64,000 nt of DNA, taken from the IMG/VR virus record IMGVR_UViG_3300027965_000212, positions 2,313 through 66,312 of that record. The stretch is one strand, 5' to 3'. Position numbers and translations under genes: made by a program. A model generated the notes under the pieces. The model saw nothing but the letters and a program-made list of their open reading frames with translations. It was not told the DNA's origin and ran no database searches. The DNA comes from a virus. Shown piece after piece: positions 24,773 through 34,166 of the stretch (positions within the stretch are counted from its first letter, which is position 1; each line of letters opens with the position of its first letter).

Positions 24773-26490
24773 TCGAAATTGTCCGCGCTTTGCATCGCGA
24801 CGCCGCGATTGACCTTCACGGTATCGAACAGCCCGCTGGCGTCGGCTTTGACTTTCGTCCCGGGCGGCGCCTTGACATCGACCGTGATGGAAGCATTGCC
24901 GGTGACAGTCGCGGGATTGCTACCGATGCCGGCTTGACCAGCCGCGGCAAGCAGGGAGCCGGCGCTTTCGGCGTTCGGCAGCAACGCTCGCCCATAGGCC
25001 AGGCGCGTCGCTTCCGATTTATCGCCGTATCGGATGAACCGGTGCAGCGCCGCATTCATGTTCTCCATACCGCTCGCGGACCGGAATTCCGAGCCAGCCG
25101 AAGAATTGATCTCGCTCATCAGGAAATCGAGCTGCGTCGCAAGATCGGTCTCACTCTTGCCGCGCGCCGCCGCGAACTCCTGCAGCCGCCGGCGCCGATC
25201 AAGCCGCCATTGAATGAGCCCGATGCCGCCCTCGAGCAGGTTCGGCTGCTCGGGATTGAAGTTCGATTCCCATTGGATATTGCCGGCGAGGATCGCGGCA
25301 TGCTCGGCATCAAGGCCGCGCGCGCGAAGCCCCGCGATGACCTGTTTGGCGCGGTCGGCAGCCGAACCTGTCGGCGCCAATGGATTAGGGGGAGGCTCCC
25401 CGCCACCGGCCTGCAGACGTATCTCGCTGTCCGGAACGGTCCCGCCGGTGAGCTCGGTCCAGAGCTGCCCCGGCGTCATTTTGAGATAGCGCCAGACCTT
25501 CGCTATCCCCTGCATTGCGGCCTCGACATCGCGGAAGCCATGCTCGATCGACGGCAGGTCATCCTTGATGTCCCGGAGAAACCCGCCGATGCCACGGACT
25601 GCCGCGACGATATCGTGGCCGATCTTGACCTTGTTCTCGGAAAAGAACTCCTGCGCCTGCTGCACCAGGGCCGTCATATCGGGAAGCAGCTCGTTTCCGA
25701 CTGCGTTGCGCAAGCCTTCGACCGCATCCGTAAACCGCGCCCAGCCTGCCGCAAACTTCTCGCCGGCGCCCGTATCCTGCGCACCGCGCAGCTTGAGCGT
25801 CAGGTCGATCGCCTCCTGCAGTCCTGCATTGCCCTTGCGCAGAAGATCAACAAACGCATCAGTGCCGAAGACCTCATTCGAGAACGCCCGCGCAGTCGGC
25901 TCGCCATGAACGCGGCGCACATCCTCGATCAGCTTGAGGAACGTGCGCAGCGCCTGCTCGTTGCCGGCGACGGTTTCCGGGGTGGCGGCGAGCTCCTGCG
26001 CGAAATCACTCCGCTGCGCCAACAGATGCGCATAGAGATCGCCTCGACGCCGGCGGATGAGGAACATCGCCTGAGCAAAGCTCTGCTCGCCCTGGCGCAC
26101 CGCCTCCGGATCGACGTTGAACTGCCCGGCCGCTCCCTCGAGGCCACGGATGGTATCCGTCGTCAGCTGTACCTTGCGCCCGAAGGCCGCGACACTCGCG
26201 CCCTGGTCGGCGAACTTGCGCAAGTTTTCGACCAAGGCGGCGACCGCACCGACCGCCGTCAGGCTCGAGATGCCGATGACGCCGAGCGCCGGAGCAACAC
26301 CTTCGCGCGCGACCTCCGCGACGCGATCGAGCTGCTCGTGGACCTTGCGAAAGCCTTCGTGCAGCTCCTTTGTTTCTTCGCGGCCGCGCTTGCTCAGAGC
26401 CTTGAGCGCGTTCTCGACCTTGCGCAGCGGCCCGCTTGCATCATCGCGAGCCTTCGCGACCATGCGGAGAGTTTCTTCCTGCGACATCAC
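24769..26490 (-). CDS. Tape measure protein with C-terminal phage tail lysozyme domain
   Basis: Helical N-terminus; AILAGNIQWESNFNP..GIGLIQW...QLDFL. Confidence 0.85.
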   Translation of the reverse strand: MMSQEETLRMVAKARDDASGPLRKVENALKALSKRGREETKELHEGFRKVHEQLDRVAEVAREGVAPALGVIGISSLTAVGAVAALVENLRKFADQGASVAAFGRKVQLTTDTIRGLEGAAGQFNVDPEAVRQGEQSFAQAMFLIRRRRGDLYAHLLAQRSDFAQELAATPETVAGNEQALRTFLKLIEDVRRVHGEPTARAFSNEVFGTDAFVDLLRKGNAGLQEAIDLTLKLRGAQDTGAGEKFAAGWARFTDAVEGLRNAVGNELLPDMTALVQQAQEFFSENKVKIGHDIVAAVRGIGGFLRDIKDDLPSIEHGFRDVEAAMQGIAKVWRYLKMTPGQLWTELTGGTVPDSEIRLQAGGGEPPPNPLAPTGSAADRAKQVIAGLRARGLDAEHAAILAGNIQWESNFNPEQPNLLEGGIGLIQWRLDRRRRLQEFAAARGKSETDLATQLDFLMSEINSSAGSEFRSASGMENMNAALHRFIRYGDKSEATRLAYGRALLPNAESAGSLLAAAGQAGIGSNPATVTGNASITVDVKAPPGTKVKADASGLFDTVKVNRGVAMQSADNFE

Positions 26491-26959
26491 TCTCTCGCGT
26501 CTTTGATCCGCTTGATCAGCAGCGCTGTCTGCCGCACGGTCCGCTCGACCCGGGACAGCGGCTTGTCGAGGAAGGCGTCAGGATCGCAGCCGTAGAACTT
26601 CGCAAGCTCGTAGCAGCGAAGCGTCAGGTCTTCCCGCCCGGCACAAAAAAGGGGGCGATGGCCCAGGCGCAATTCGTCCAATCGGACGCGCGCATCTCCT
26701 GGATGTACGGGAGCGGGACGCCGGCGAGGCGCGCGAGCATGCGGTTCATCTTCGGGCCATCGAAGGTCGGCAGCGCGTCACCGATGGCATTGACATCGAG
26801 CACAACCGGAGACCCGCCGCATTCCTCGATATCGCGCGCCGTAGGCTCGCGAAAGGCGAGCGCCTTGGTTTCTTCGATGCCCTTCTTGCCGGCGACCTTG
26901 AGCGGCCGCGATAACGCGACGCGAACGGAGCCTTCCGGGACTTCAGAATGCTCGCTCAC
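26487..26959 (-). CDS. Tail assembly chaperone pair (G 26624-26959; GT via probable -1 frameshift to 26487)
   Basis: FREPTARD motif; CCCCCTTTTTT run near the G end; overlapping -1 frame ORF; located between tube and TMP. Confidence 0.75.
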
Positions 26960-27327
26960 GACGTCGCCACCAGCTCATCGCAAAGCAGGCCCTGGAATTC
27001 GACCGTCACCTTGCCCTCGACCGTGTCCGCCTCGAATGGCGGGACAGACCAGGCGCCGGAGAGCACATAGGTCGTGCCGTTCGCCAGCGCGGCCGTGATG
27101 ACGCTATCGGTCATCGCTTCCAGGGTCAGCAGCGACAGCCCGGGCACCATCTGCAGGTCACCCTTGATCGATGGCACCACCGGCATTTCGGTATAGCCGT
27201 CGACCTGCGCCTGACCCGCGATGCCCTCACGCTTCACCCGGTTCGGGGTCACCGTGAAGTTGCCACGCGGCGCATACTGCACGCCGTCGATCGTAAAATA
27301 GAGGATGCCGCCAATTCTGTTAGCCAT
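26956..27327 (-). CDS. Tail tube protein (Mu gpM-like)
   Basis: KREGIAG..VDGYTEMP, LANGTTYVL, EGKVTVEFQG. Confidence 0.9.
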   Translation of the reverse strand: MANRIGGILYFTIDGVQYAPRGNFTVTPNRVKREGIAGQAQVDGYTEMPVVPSIKGDLQMVPGLSLLTLEAMTDSVITAALANGTTYVLSGAWSVPPFEADTVEGKVTVEFQGLLCDELVATS

Positions 27328-27366
27328 GGGCGCTTCCTTGGATGGGAAAGAACGAAGCTTGGAACG

Positions 27367-27401
27367 ATCCCGGCTCTCCGCTTCGCTGCGGCCGGGATGA
27401 C
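27367..27401. repeat. REP-like hairpin between sheath and tube genes
   Basis: ATCCCGGC-TCTCCGCTTCGCTGCG-GCCGGGATGAC. Confidence 0.65.
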
Positions 27402-27410
27402 GCTAGCGCG

Positions 27411-28925
27411 TCAATTCAGGACCGTCGGGTACATCAGTCGGAACTGCGCCAGCAGCGTGAACTGGCGCAACTGACCCATCAGCTGCGGCGGCCACAGCAC
27501 TTGCAGGCGGCTCGAATTCGACGGGTCGATCTGCACCACCAGGTTGGCGATGAATTCCGTCACATTCGACATCAGCCCGTTGTACTCGGCATTGCGCGCC
27601 TCGGCGACGAGCTCGGCCTTGGCGATCGTCGGCGTGATGATCGCCTGCCCGGGCCCGAAGCGCGTGCCATCCGGCGCGAGCTTGTGGCGCGGATACTTGG
27701 ACGAGATCGCCGCCGACATGGTGGTCAGCAGCGCGGCGAGGTTCGACAGGACCGTGAGGAGCGAGAAAGCGGTGTCGCTCTGCCCTTGCGCGTTCTTCTG
27801 GTACTGCGTGCTCTCCCGCACAATCGCCGGCACGCCGCTCGGATTGACCGCCTGGACGGCGAGGCCAGAGCCCGCGAGCGTATTGATTTGGGTTTGCGAG
27901 AAGCGGCCTGACAGCGGCGCCGGCAGGATCCCGGTGAGCGGCAGCGTCTGCAGCGGCCGCGCCGGATCGTCGAGCAGCGCCTGAGCGCCTTGCGCACAAT
28001 AGGCCGCCGTCGCCTCCCACATGCTGGTCGGCGTCAACGGTTCCCATACCATGGTGGAGATGACCGGCGCGTTCTGGGCCAGGCCGAAGGTGAGCGCGTC
28101 CGCGTAGTCGTTGCGGTAGCCCTGGTAAATCCAGCCGTATTGCTGGCGCTGATAGCCCCAGCGGCCCGTGGTTCCGAAGCCGTATTCGGTCGCCCAGGCG
28201 GCCATGCTGGCGGTGTCCGTATAAGGCAGACCGACATGCAGGAATTGCTGCGCCTGGATGGCAGAGATCGCGCCCGTGAAGCTCGGCACGCCGGCGCCGC
28301 CCGCCATCGCCGTATAGGTGACCGCCATGCCGGCCGGCAAAGCCTGGCCGCCGGCAACACCGAGATAGCTGTCGGACAGCTGGATATCGTTGCCGGTCGC
28401 ACCAAGCCAGCGACAGGTGAGATCGACCTGATAGTTGTGCACGCCGTCGACCGTCGCGGTGACGGGCAGCGTCGTCAGTGCGTTGATCGCGGCCACGACG
28501 TTGGTGGCGATGGTCGAGGCCGTATCGGTCGCACCGACCGCGACGGAAACGAGCTGGCCGGCGATATAGAGCGAGTATGTCCCGGCCGCGGTCGGGTTGG
28601 CGGTGATCTGCAGCGAACCGGTCGCCGCGACGCCGCCGCCCGGATCCGCAACCGGAAGCGCCCAGAGCTGCTGTCCCGGATTGATGTTGAAGAACGCGTT
28701 GCACATGCGCTCGAGCATAGAGCCGATGCCGAACTGCTGCTGCGCAATGGCAAGGGAGCCGATGGGGATCGGGACATTGTTGGCGGCGATCCCGGCCGCG
28801 AGCTTCTGCCCAACGAGCAAGGCCGGCTGGCTCTGCACCGAGCCGCCGGCGAGCGAGCCGTCGACCGTCGCCCAGAACAGTGGCAACAGCCAGTTTTCCG
28901 GGACCCCTGTATTGATGCCGCCCAT
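27411..28925 (-). CDS. Contractile tail sheath (Mu gpL-like)
   Basis: FGIGSMLERM, GATGNDI, DPARPLQTL, KYPRHKL. Confidence 0.95.
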   Translation of the reverse strand: MGGINTGVPENWLLPLFWATVDGSLAGGSVQSQPALLVGQKLAAGIAANNVPIPIGSLAIAQQQFGIGSMLERMCNAFFNINPGQQLWALPVADPGGGVAATGSLQITANPTAAGTYSLYIAGQLVSVAVGATDTASTIATNVVAAINALTTLPVTATVDGVHNYQVDLTCRWLGATGNDIQLSDSYLGVAGGQALPAGMAVTYTAMAGGAGVPSFTGAISAIQAQQFLHVGLPYTDTASMAAWATEYGFGTTGRWGYQRQQYGWIYQGYRNDYADALTFGLAQNAPVISTMVWEPLTPTSMWEATAAYCAQGAQALLDDPARPLQTLPLTGILPAPLSGRFSQTQINTLAGSGLAVQAVNPSGVPAIVRESTQYQKNAQGQSDTAFSLLTVLSNLAALLTTMSAAISSKYPRHKLAPDGTRFGPGQAIITPTIAKAELVAEARNAEYNGLMSNVTEFIANLVVQIDPSNSSRLQVLWPPQLMGQLRQFTLLAQFRLMYPTVLN

Positions 28926-28955
28926 GAGCAAGCCTCGCGATGTTGGAAGGGAGGA

Positions 28956-28971
28956 TGCGCCAATTGGCGCA
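28956..28971. repeat. 16-bp palindrome copy 3 (intergenic)
   Basis: TGCGCCAATTGGCGCA. Confidence 0.95.
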
Positions 28972-28978
28972 GGCTGAT

Positions 28979-29245
28979 TTATGCCGCCGGCGTGCGCGAC
29001 TGCGCGGAGTCGCCGATCGCCTTCTCAGGCGCCGCGGGCTGCGCAGCGGCAGGCGCGGTGGCCGCAGGCGGCGGCGAAGCCGGAGGCACGTAAGCCTTCG
29101 CCTCCTCCTCCGTAACCGCATTGTCGGTCAGGCAGCGGCATGTGAAGCCGTCATAGGTCCAGAACGATCCGCCGACCTTGAGCCGGCCGTCGATCGGATG
29201 GACGAGGTTGAGGGATGCGGCCTTGGTCGGATAGACCTTGATCAT
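28979..29245 (-). CDS. Small protein preceding the sheath (Mu gp38/DUF2635-like)
   Basis: Position; IKVYP..HP..G..L...G..W...RCLTDNAV pattern. Confidence 0.6.
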   Translation of the reverse strand: MIKVYPTKAASLNLVHPIDGRLKVGGSFWTYDGFTCRCLTDNAVTEEEAKAYVPPASPPPAATAPAAAQPAAPEKAIGDSAQSRTPAA

Positions 29246-29796
29246 GTCGGGATCTCCGTGACGATCGTGATCGGATCGGCGGTTGGCGTCAGCTGATAGG
29301 TCGTATCGACCTCTTCGAGCGGATTGAGCGCGACCGGCGGCCAGTTGCTGCGGTACGTCACCGTGAGCTCGATGCGCGCCTCGCAGAGCACGAGATCGGC
29401 TTCGCGCGGAAAGTGGTAAGTGACCGCGAAGCTCTCCAGCGCCTCGAGCAGGTTGAGCCAGGTCGAATCCGTGAACAGTGTCTGCTTGATCTCCTCGACC
29501 TTGCGGGAAATCCCCGCGTCGAGGACGAGGTCGCTGGTCGCGCTGTCGACGACGGTGATCAAGAGATGCAGGCGATTGAGGAACTTCGGCGCGCCCGCAT
29601 TGGCATCGCCATCAGGCTCCCCATTCTCGCCCGCGTGCGCCACGCAGATGACCGGGAGCTGATCATCCTTGGTCGGCAGCGTCCGCGTCTTGAGAACGCT
29701 CTTTATCCCTGGAATGTCCGCAAGCCGCGCGTGCGTCGCGTCGCGGATCGCCAGCGGGCCGCCATCCGGAAAGTAGAGGCCGGGTGCAAGCGACAC
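29242..29796 (-). CDS. Tail terminator/completion protein
   Basis: Position between head-tail joining and sheath genes; DQLPVICV. Confidence 0.6.
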   Translation of the reverse strand: MSLAPGLYFPDGGPLAIRDATHARLADIPGIKSVLKTRTLPTKDDQLPVICVAHAGENGEPDGDANAGAPKFLNRLHLLITVVDSATSDLVLDAGISRKVEEIKQTLFTDSTWLNLLEALESFAVTYHFPREADLVLCEARIELTVTYRSNWPPVALNPLEEVDTTYQLTPTADPITIVTEIPT

Positions 29797-29799
29797 TGT

Positions 29800-30201
29800 T
29801 CAGCTCTGCGGCTGCGCCGGCACGGGATCGGAGGAGGCCTGCGGCAGCGATCCGCGCACCATGCGCAGCTCCATATCAGCGCCGCCCTGCCCGTCCGGTT
29901 TCACGTCCATCACTTCCCAGGAGATGTTCGCAGGATCGCTCGCGACCGCGATGAAGTCGCCCTGCACCGGATAGGCTTGACCGACCGCGTCCCAATCTGC
30001 GAGGCGAATGCCAAGCGTCGGCTGATTGGTGGAATGAAAGCCTGTCCCAGTCTCGATCACGACGGGCTTGGAAGCCCACACACCGCGCACGCCGCTATAG
30101 AATGGCGCGCCGGGATTGGATTTCGCGGGCGCTACCGTGACCGCGACCGCGAACGCATCCATGCAGGGGCCAAGCACCAGGTCGGTGAAGTCGACGGACA
30201 T
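29800..30201 (-). CDS. Head-tail joining protein (lambda FII-like)
   Basis: PVQGDFI...WEVMDVKPDGQG. Confidence 0.65.
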   Translation of the reverse strand: MSVDFTDLVLGPCMDAFAVAVTVAPAKSNPGAPFYSGVRGVWASKPVVIETGTGFHSTNQPTLGIRLADWDAVGQAYPVQGDFIAVASDPANISWEVMDVKPDGQGGADMELRMVRGSLPQASSDPVPAQPQS

Positions 30202-30213
30202 TCGCTGAACCTT

Positions 30214-30299
30214 TTCCCGGACGCGCGAAGCGCGAGCGGGACCGTTACAAGCCATAAGGGGCCAACGCTTGAAACGGTCCCAGGTCAAGCCCGGGACAC
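30214..30299. repeat. Two-hairpin REP/BIME-like element
   Basis: TCCCGGACGCGCGAAGCGCGAGCGGGAC...GTCCCAGGTCAAGCCCGGGAC. Confidence 0.75.
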
Positions 30300-30300
30300 A

Positions 30301-30630
30301 TCAAAATGACCCGTTGAGCCGCACATTGCCGACGCTGCTGGGATTGGCCGCCGCCTCGATCGCAACGCCGATCTTGGTATTGCCGGCGGACGTCGAGGTC
30401 GCGAGCAGCGCGGTGTTATCCCAGTAGATCAGCTGACCGAGCGTCCACACATCAGACGAGTTCTTGGCGAGCTGATAGACGCCCTTGATCCAGAGGAGGA
30501 CCGGCTGTCCTATTGCCGCGGCGTTAAGGCAGATACCAAACAAGGAACCGACCAGGATCGGCTGGCCGCTGGCGACGGCAGCAGGCGCCGTGATGGTGAC
30601 CTGGTCGCCGTCGCCGAGGTAGTTCTGCAT
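30301..30630 (-). CDS. DUF2190 capsid-associated protein
   Basis: MQNYLGDGD..TAPAAVASG..VGSLFG, GVYQLAK, IYWD, VRLNG. Confidence 0.88.
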   Translation of the reverse strand: MQNYLGDGDQVTITAPAAVASGQPILVGSLFGICLNAAAIGQPVLLWIKGVYQLAKNSSDVWTLGQLIYWDNTALLATSTSAGNTKIGVAIEAAANPSSVGNVRLNGSF

Positions 30631-30669
30631 GGCCTCACCCCGACCCTCTCCGGAAGGAGAAGGAGCTCG

Positions 30670-30963
30670 TTACGCAGCGGCGCGGGCGGGACCGTCGGTC
30701 GCGAGCGGGACCGCTGCCGCATGCGGATCAACCAGGTGCCCGGAGACGCGCAGGCGCGCCACCTCGTCGGCCGGGAGCTCAACTTCCTGGCCGGGGCCAT
30801 AGGAGAGGAGCTCGGCAACCTCGATCGGCTTGCCGTCTGCGGGTGCATAGCCGACGACGCGCTTCTTGGCTCCCGGGACGAGAATGCTGCGGCCGCGGGC
30901 GACGGTCGCGCGCACAAGGCGGGCGCCTTGCTGCTGATTGGCGGGACGCTGTTCGTTGCTCAT
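30670..30963 (-). CDS. Hypothetical head-region protein
   Basis: YGPGQEVELPADEVARL..G motif; follows the capsid gene. Confidence 0.6.
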   Translation of the reverse strand: MSNEQRPANQQQGARLVRATVARGRSILVPGAKKRVVGYAPADGKPIEVAELLSYGPGQEVELPADEVARLRVSGHLVDPHAAAVPLATDGPARAAA

Positions 30964-31120
30964 GATGATACCTCAACTTGTTTGCGGAGATACGTCTCAG
31001 GCGAGATCGCGCGGCTACTCAACGGGAGATTTTGCGAGCGGCAGGCTTTGCCTGACAACGCTCGCAAAGCATTCAACGTGCGCCGCACATGGTGCTCGCC
31101 AGGTTGTCGATAGGCGCCAG

Positions 31121-32236
31121 CTAGGTGTAGACCGGCGAGCAGACCGTCGCGGCGAGCGCGGCGTTGACGCGACCCGGGATCGTGATCGGCGCCGACTGCA
31201 TCATGATGAATCGCTGCGCGGGATCCTCGATGGTCCAGGTCTTCGGCGCGTATGGGAGCGCCTGATAGTTGAAGTTCGGGTCCATGATGGATGCGAAAGC
31301 GCGCGTCCCCATCATGTCCGGACCGGAGAGGAGCACCGTGCCATCGGTCAACATCGGGTATTCCTGATCGGTGTTTCCACCCTCAGTTCCCATGTCGACG
31401 TACCATTCATTGTAGATCCAGAGGTCGTACTGACCCCAGCGCCCCTTATACACCGCGCCGCGCTCGATCTTCGCGCCGGGATCGATGGCATTGCCGAACT
31501 CCGAGAGCTTCGGATAGTAGATCGCTCCCTTCAGCACCGGATCGGCAATGAAGCCCTCCCAGGACGAGGTCGTGAAGATGATGTCGGTCACCTTTGCGCC
31601 GCTCTCTTTCAGAATCTGGCGCTGCCAAGCCTCGATGTTGGTGGTCGGCGATGCGTTCCCGGCGATGACATTCGCATTCGTCCATTGCGCAGTGCCGGTG
31701 AGCGCGACAGTGAGCGAGGGGGCGCGGCCGAAGTCGACCAAAGAAGTCGGGAAGCCCTCACCTTTGATCAGCACGGTTCCGGTCGAGAGCACCTGCGCGG
31801 CCATCCACTCAAGGCGCCGATCGATCAGATCGATCTGATCGGTCATCTCGGCCTCGAGGTTCGCCATTTCGCGCTCAGCGCCGGTCAGCTCCCCGCCGAT
31901 GCGCTCGCCGATCATGCGCCGGACAGGCTTGCGCAGATCCGGCGCACGCTTGTCCTTGATGTAGGCGGGCTTGAAAATGTTGGTCTGCATGCGACGCTGC
32001 TCGACCAGCTTGCCTTCGACCAGCGGCGACACGAACGGCGCGATGCGGCGCTTGCCGACATCGACGTCGATCGCGACGAATTCCGTCTCGCTGTTGATGA
32101 TGTTGGGAAAGAACCTGTCGAGCAGGAACTTGGTCGGACGCTTCAGGTTCGGCACGACCGCCACGAGACGCGCCGTGTCGTAGACAAGGTTGGTGCCGGC
32201 GGCGCCGGGGCCAGGAGTAGGAGCAGGACCAGACAT
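31121..32236 (-). CDS. Major capsid protein, lambda gpE family
   Basis: FLLDRFFP, IAPFVSP, RRLEWMAAQ, MQSAP. Confidence 0.95.
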   Translation of the reverse strand: MSGPAPTPGPGAAGTNLVYDTARLVAVVPNLKRPTKFLLDRFFPNIINSETEFVAIDVDVGKRRIAPFVSPLVEGKLVEQRRMQTNIFKPAYIKDKRAPDLRKPVRRMIGERIGGELTGAEREMANLEAEMTDQIDLIDRRLEWMAAQVLSTGTVLIKGEGFPTSLVDFGRAPSLTVALTGTAQWTNANVIAGNASPTTNIEAWQRQILKESGAKVTDIIFTTSSWEGFIADPVLKGAIYYPKLSEFGNAIDPGAKIERGAVYKGRWGQYDLWIYNEWYVDMGTEGGNTDQEYPMLTDGTVLLSGPDMMGTRAFASIMDPNFNYQALPYAPKTWTIEDPAQRFIMMQSAPITIPGRVNAALAATVCSPVYT

Positions 32237-32341
32237 GGATAGTCTCCGGAGGTTGACGGCGCCGAGGCGGCCGCGAGTTTTCGTGTGAGTGGATCGAGCC
32301 GCCGCGCAAAACGATCGCGCGGCGCTCGCATGAGGACTGGA

Positions 32342-33379
32342 TTACTCGCCCGCCGGATCGTCGGCGGAGACAGCGCCCTTGAGGAAGATGCCGAGCGGGA
32401 TCAGAGCTGCCTTCGCCTGCGCGATCGAGATGCTCGGATCGAGCGTGATCGCATTGACGTTGAACTCGCCCATCAGATAGATGCCGCAGACGCAATCGCC
32501 GGCCGCTGCCGGCGCATAGTCGGCGAGGATCGCCACCGGGTTTGCACTGCCGTCGACCGCGGTCGCGACCGCCTGCTTGTACGAGAGGCTTCCGGTCGCC
32601 GGCGTGATCACGAAGGTGTCACCCGCCGCACAAGCCGTGCCGCCCGCCGTGATCGTGAAGTTGATCTGCGGGGACGCGAATGCGGCGCCGAAGGTTGCTA
32701 CGCCGAGCTCAGCTCCATTCGGCGCATAGACCTGCGCATGGGTCGCATCCGTGCAGACCGCCGTGTAATTTCCGGCCCTGACGGCAACGCCATTGCTGAT
32801 CGAGCCGACGGTCGCGTTGCCGGTGTTCGCGGTGCCGCCGGTCAGGGTCGCGCCCGACAGCGTGACCGCACCAGCGTCGGACGTAGCGAGCGTCAGTGCA
32901 TTTCCCGCCGTGCCGATTTGCACCGCAGTCAGCGTGATGACGGCACCGGCGAGCGCATAAGTGAACTTGCTCAGATTGACGTCCGTCGAGCCAACCAGGA
33001 ACGCCATGAGGTTCTGCGCAGTCGCCGCGGCGCTCGCCCCGATATAGACGTTGTTTCCGGCCGGAGGCCGATCCTCCCAGGCACCAGGCTGCGCGATAAA
33101 GGTCACAACCGTGCCGCCGATCGTCACGGTATCGCCGGCGTTCGGCACCGCCGCGACCGTGATGGTGCCAGTCGCATAGGTCTTGCCGGTCGTCGCGGTC
33201 GCGGCGCCGTCAAGCACCTGTCCGAGCACGGTGCCGCGCTGCAGGTTGACGCCACCGGTGATGGTTGCATTGTCGCTCACAAGCTTGAGGTTCCCGGCAA
33301 TGAGCTGATCCGGGATGAACGTCTCGGCGACCGCGCTGGGCACCTGCGGATTGTCGCCAATAAGGCTGGGATTGAGCAT
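32342..33379 (-). CDS. Head decoration protein (gpD-like) with large internal insertion
   Basis: [18 protein letters not shown]-terminus and [16 protein letters not shown]-terminus separated by ~200 aa. Confidence 0.8.
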   Translation of the reverse strand: MLNPSLIGDNPQVPSAVAETFIPDQLIAGNLKLVSDNATITGGVNLQRGTVLGQVLDGAATATTGKTYATGTITVAAVPNAGDTVTIGGTVVTFIAQPGAWEDRPPAGNNVYIGASAAATAQNLMAFLVGSTDVNLSKFTYALAGAVITLTAVQIGTAGNALTLATSDAGAVTLSGATLTGGTANTGNATVGSISNGVAVRAGNYTAVCTDATHAQVYAPNGAELGVATFGAAFASPQINFTITAGGTACAAGDTFVITPATGSLSYKQAVATAVDGSANPVAILADYAPAAAGDCVCGIYLMGEFNVNAITLDPSISIAQAKAALIPLGIFLKGAVSADDPAGE

Positions 33380-33465
33380 TGAGGTGCTCCTTTCGAGGTT
33401 GCACGGGATTGGCCGGCGGCTCGTCAAGCCGCCGGAGATTGAAACAAACTAAGCGTGGGTCAGGA

Positions 33466-34140
33466 TCAGGCTTCGCCGCGAGCCTTCTTTCCGGCCGCCG
33501 CCACCGCAGCCGCGAAGGCCTCCGGAGAATCCGCAGATGGTGCTGAGCCACCATTAGAGCCGACATTCGGCGGCGCTTCGCGGGACATGCGATCACGGAG
33601 AGGATCAGCGGGACGCGCTGCAGCGGGCGCCGCAATGCTGAGAGCGGCGATCGCCTGCGATCGCGGCATGCGGGTCGTGAGCGCAAGGCGCATGGCGGCG
33701 TCCGGGTTGGCTTTGCCGGCAGATGAATAGACGATTGCCGAGATACGCCGACGCTCCCGGGCACGGATTGCGCGGATCTGAGCACGCGCCTCGGGTTCCT
33801 CTTCGTCATCACGCTCGTCTTCGTCGTCGCCGTCGCCATCCTCCTCGTCGGCCTTTTTGGCTTTCTTGGCCTTTTTGGCCTTTTTGCCCTTCTCTTCGCC
33901 GTCGTCTTTCTCCTCCTCCTCCTCGCACTCCTCGCTGGCCCGCTCGGAATCATCCTCCTCTTCGGCGCGCTTGGACTTTTTGCCGTCCTTTTTGTCGCCC
34001 CCCTCCTCTTCCTCCTTGTCTTCCGCGCGCTTGGACTCCTTTTTGTCCTTCTCGTCCTTATCGTCTTCGGCGCGAGCGGCTGTCGGCCGGGCCAAAGCGG
34101 GCTTGGAAGTGCTGGCGGCGAGCTGCGAGAAAACGCGCAT
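33466..34140 (-). CDS. Acidic scaffolding-like protein (Nu3-like)
   Basis: D/E/K-rich tract then ARERRRISAI; lies between protease and decoration genes. Confidence 0.7.
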   Translation of the reverse strand: MRVFSQLAASTSKPALARPTAARAEDDKDEKDKKESKRAEDKEEEEGGDKKDGKKSKRAEEEDDSERASEECEEEEEKDDGEEKGKKAKKAKKAKKADEEDGDGDDEDERDDEEEPEARAQIRAIRARERRRISAIVYSSAGKANPDAAMRLALTTRMPRSQAIAALSIAAPAAARPADPLRDRMSREAPPNVGSNGGSAPSADSPEAFAAAVAAAGKKARGEA

Positions 34141-34166
34141 GGATCGGATCTCCGTCGTGTTTGAAA

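Noticed and set aside
9105-28925. Tailocin/eCIS or gene transfer agent interpretation
   Set aside because: Full head, terminase, replication, repressor and integrase genes are present, so this is a complete phage
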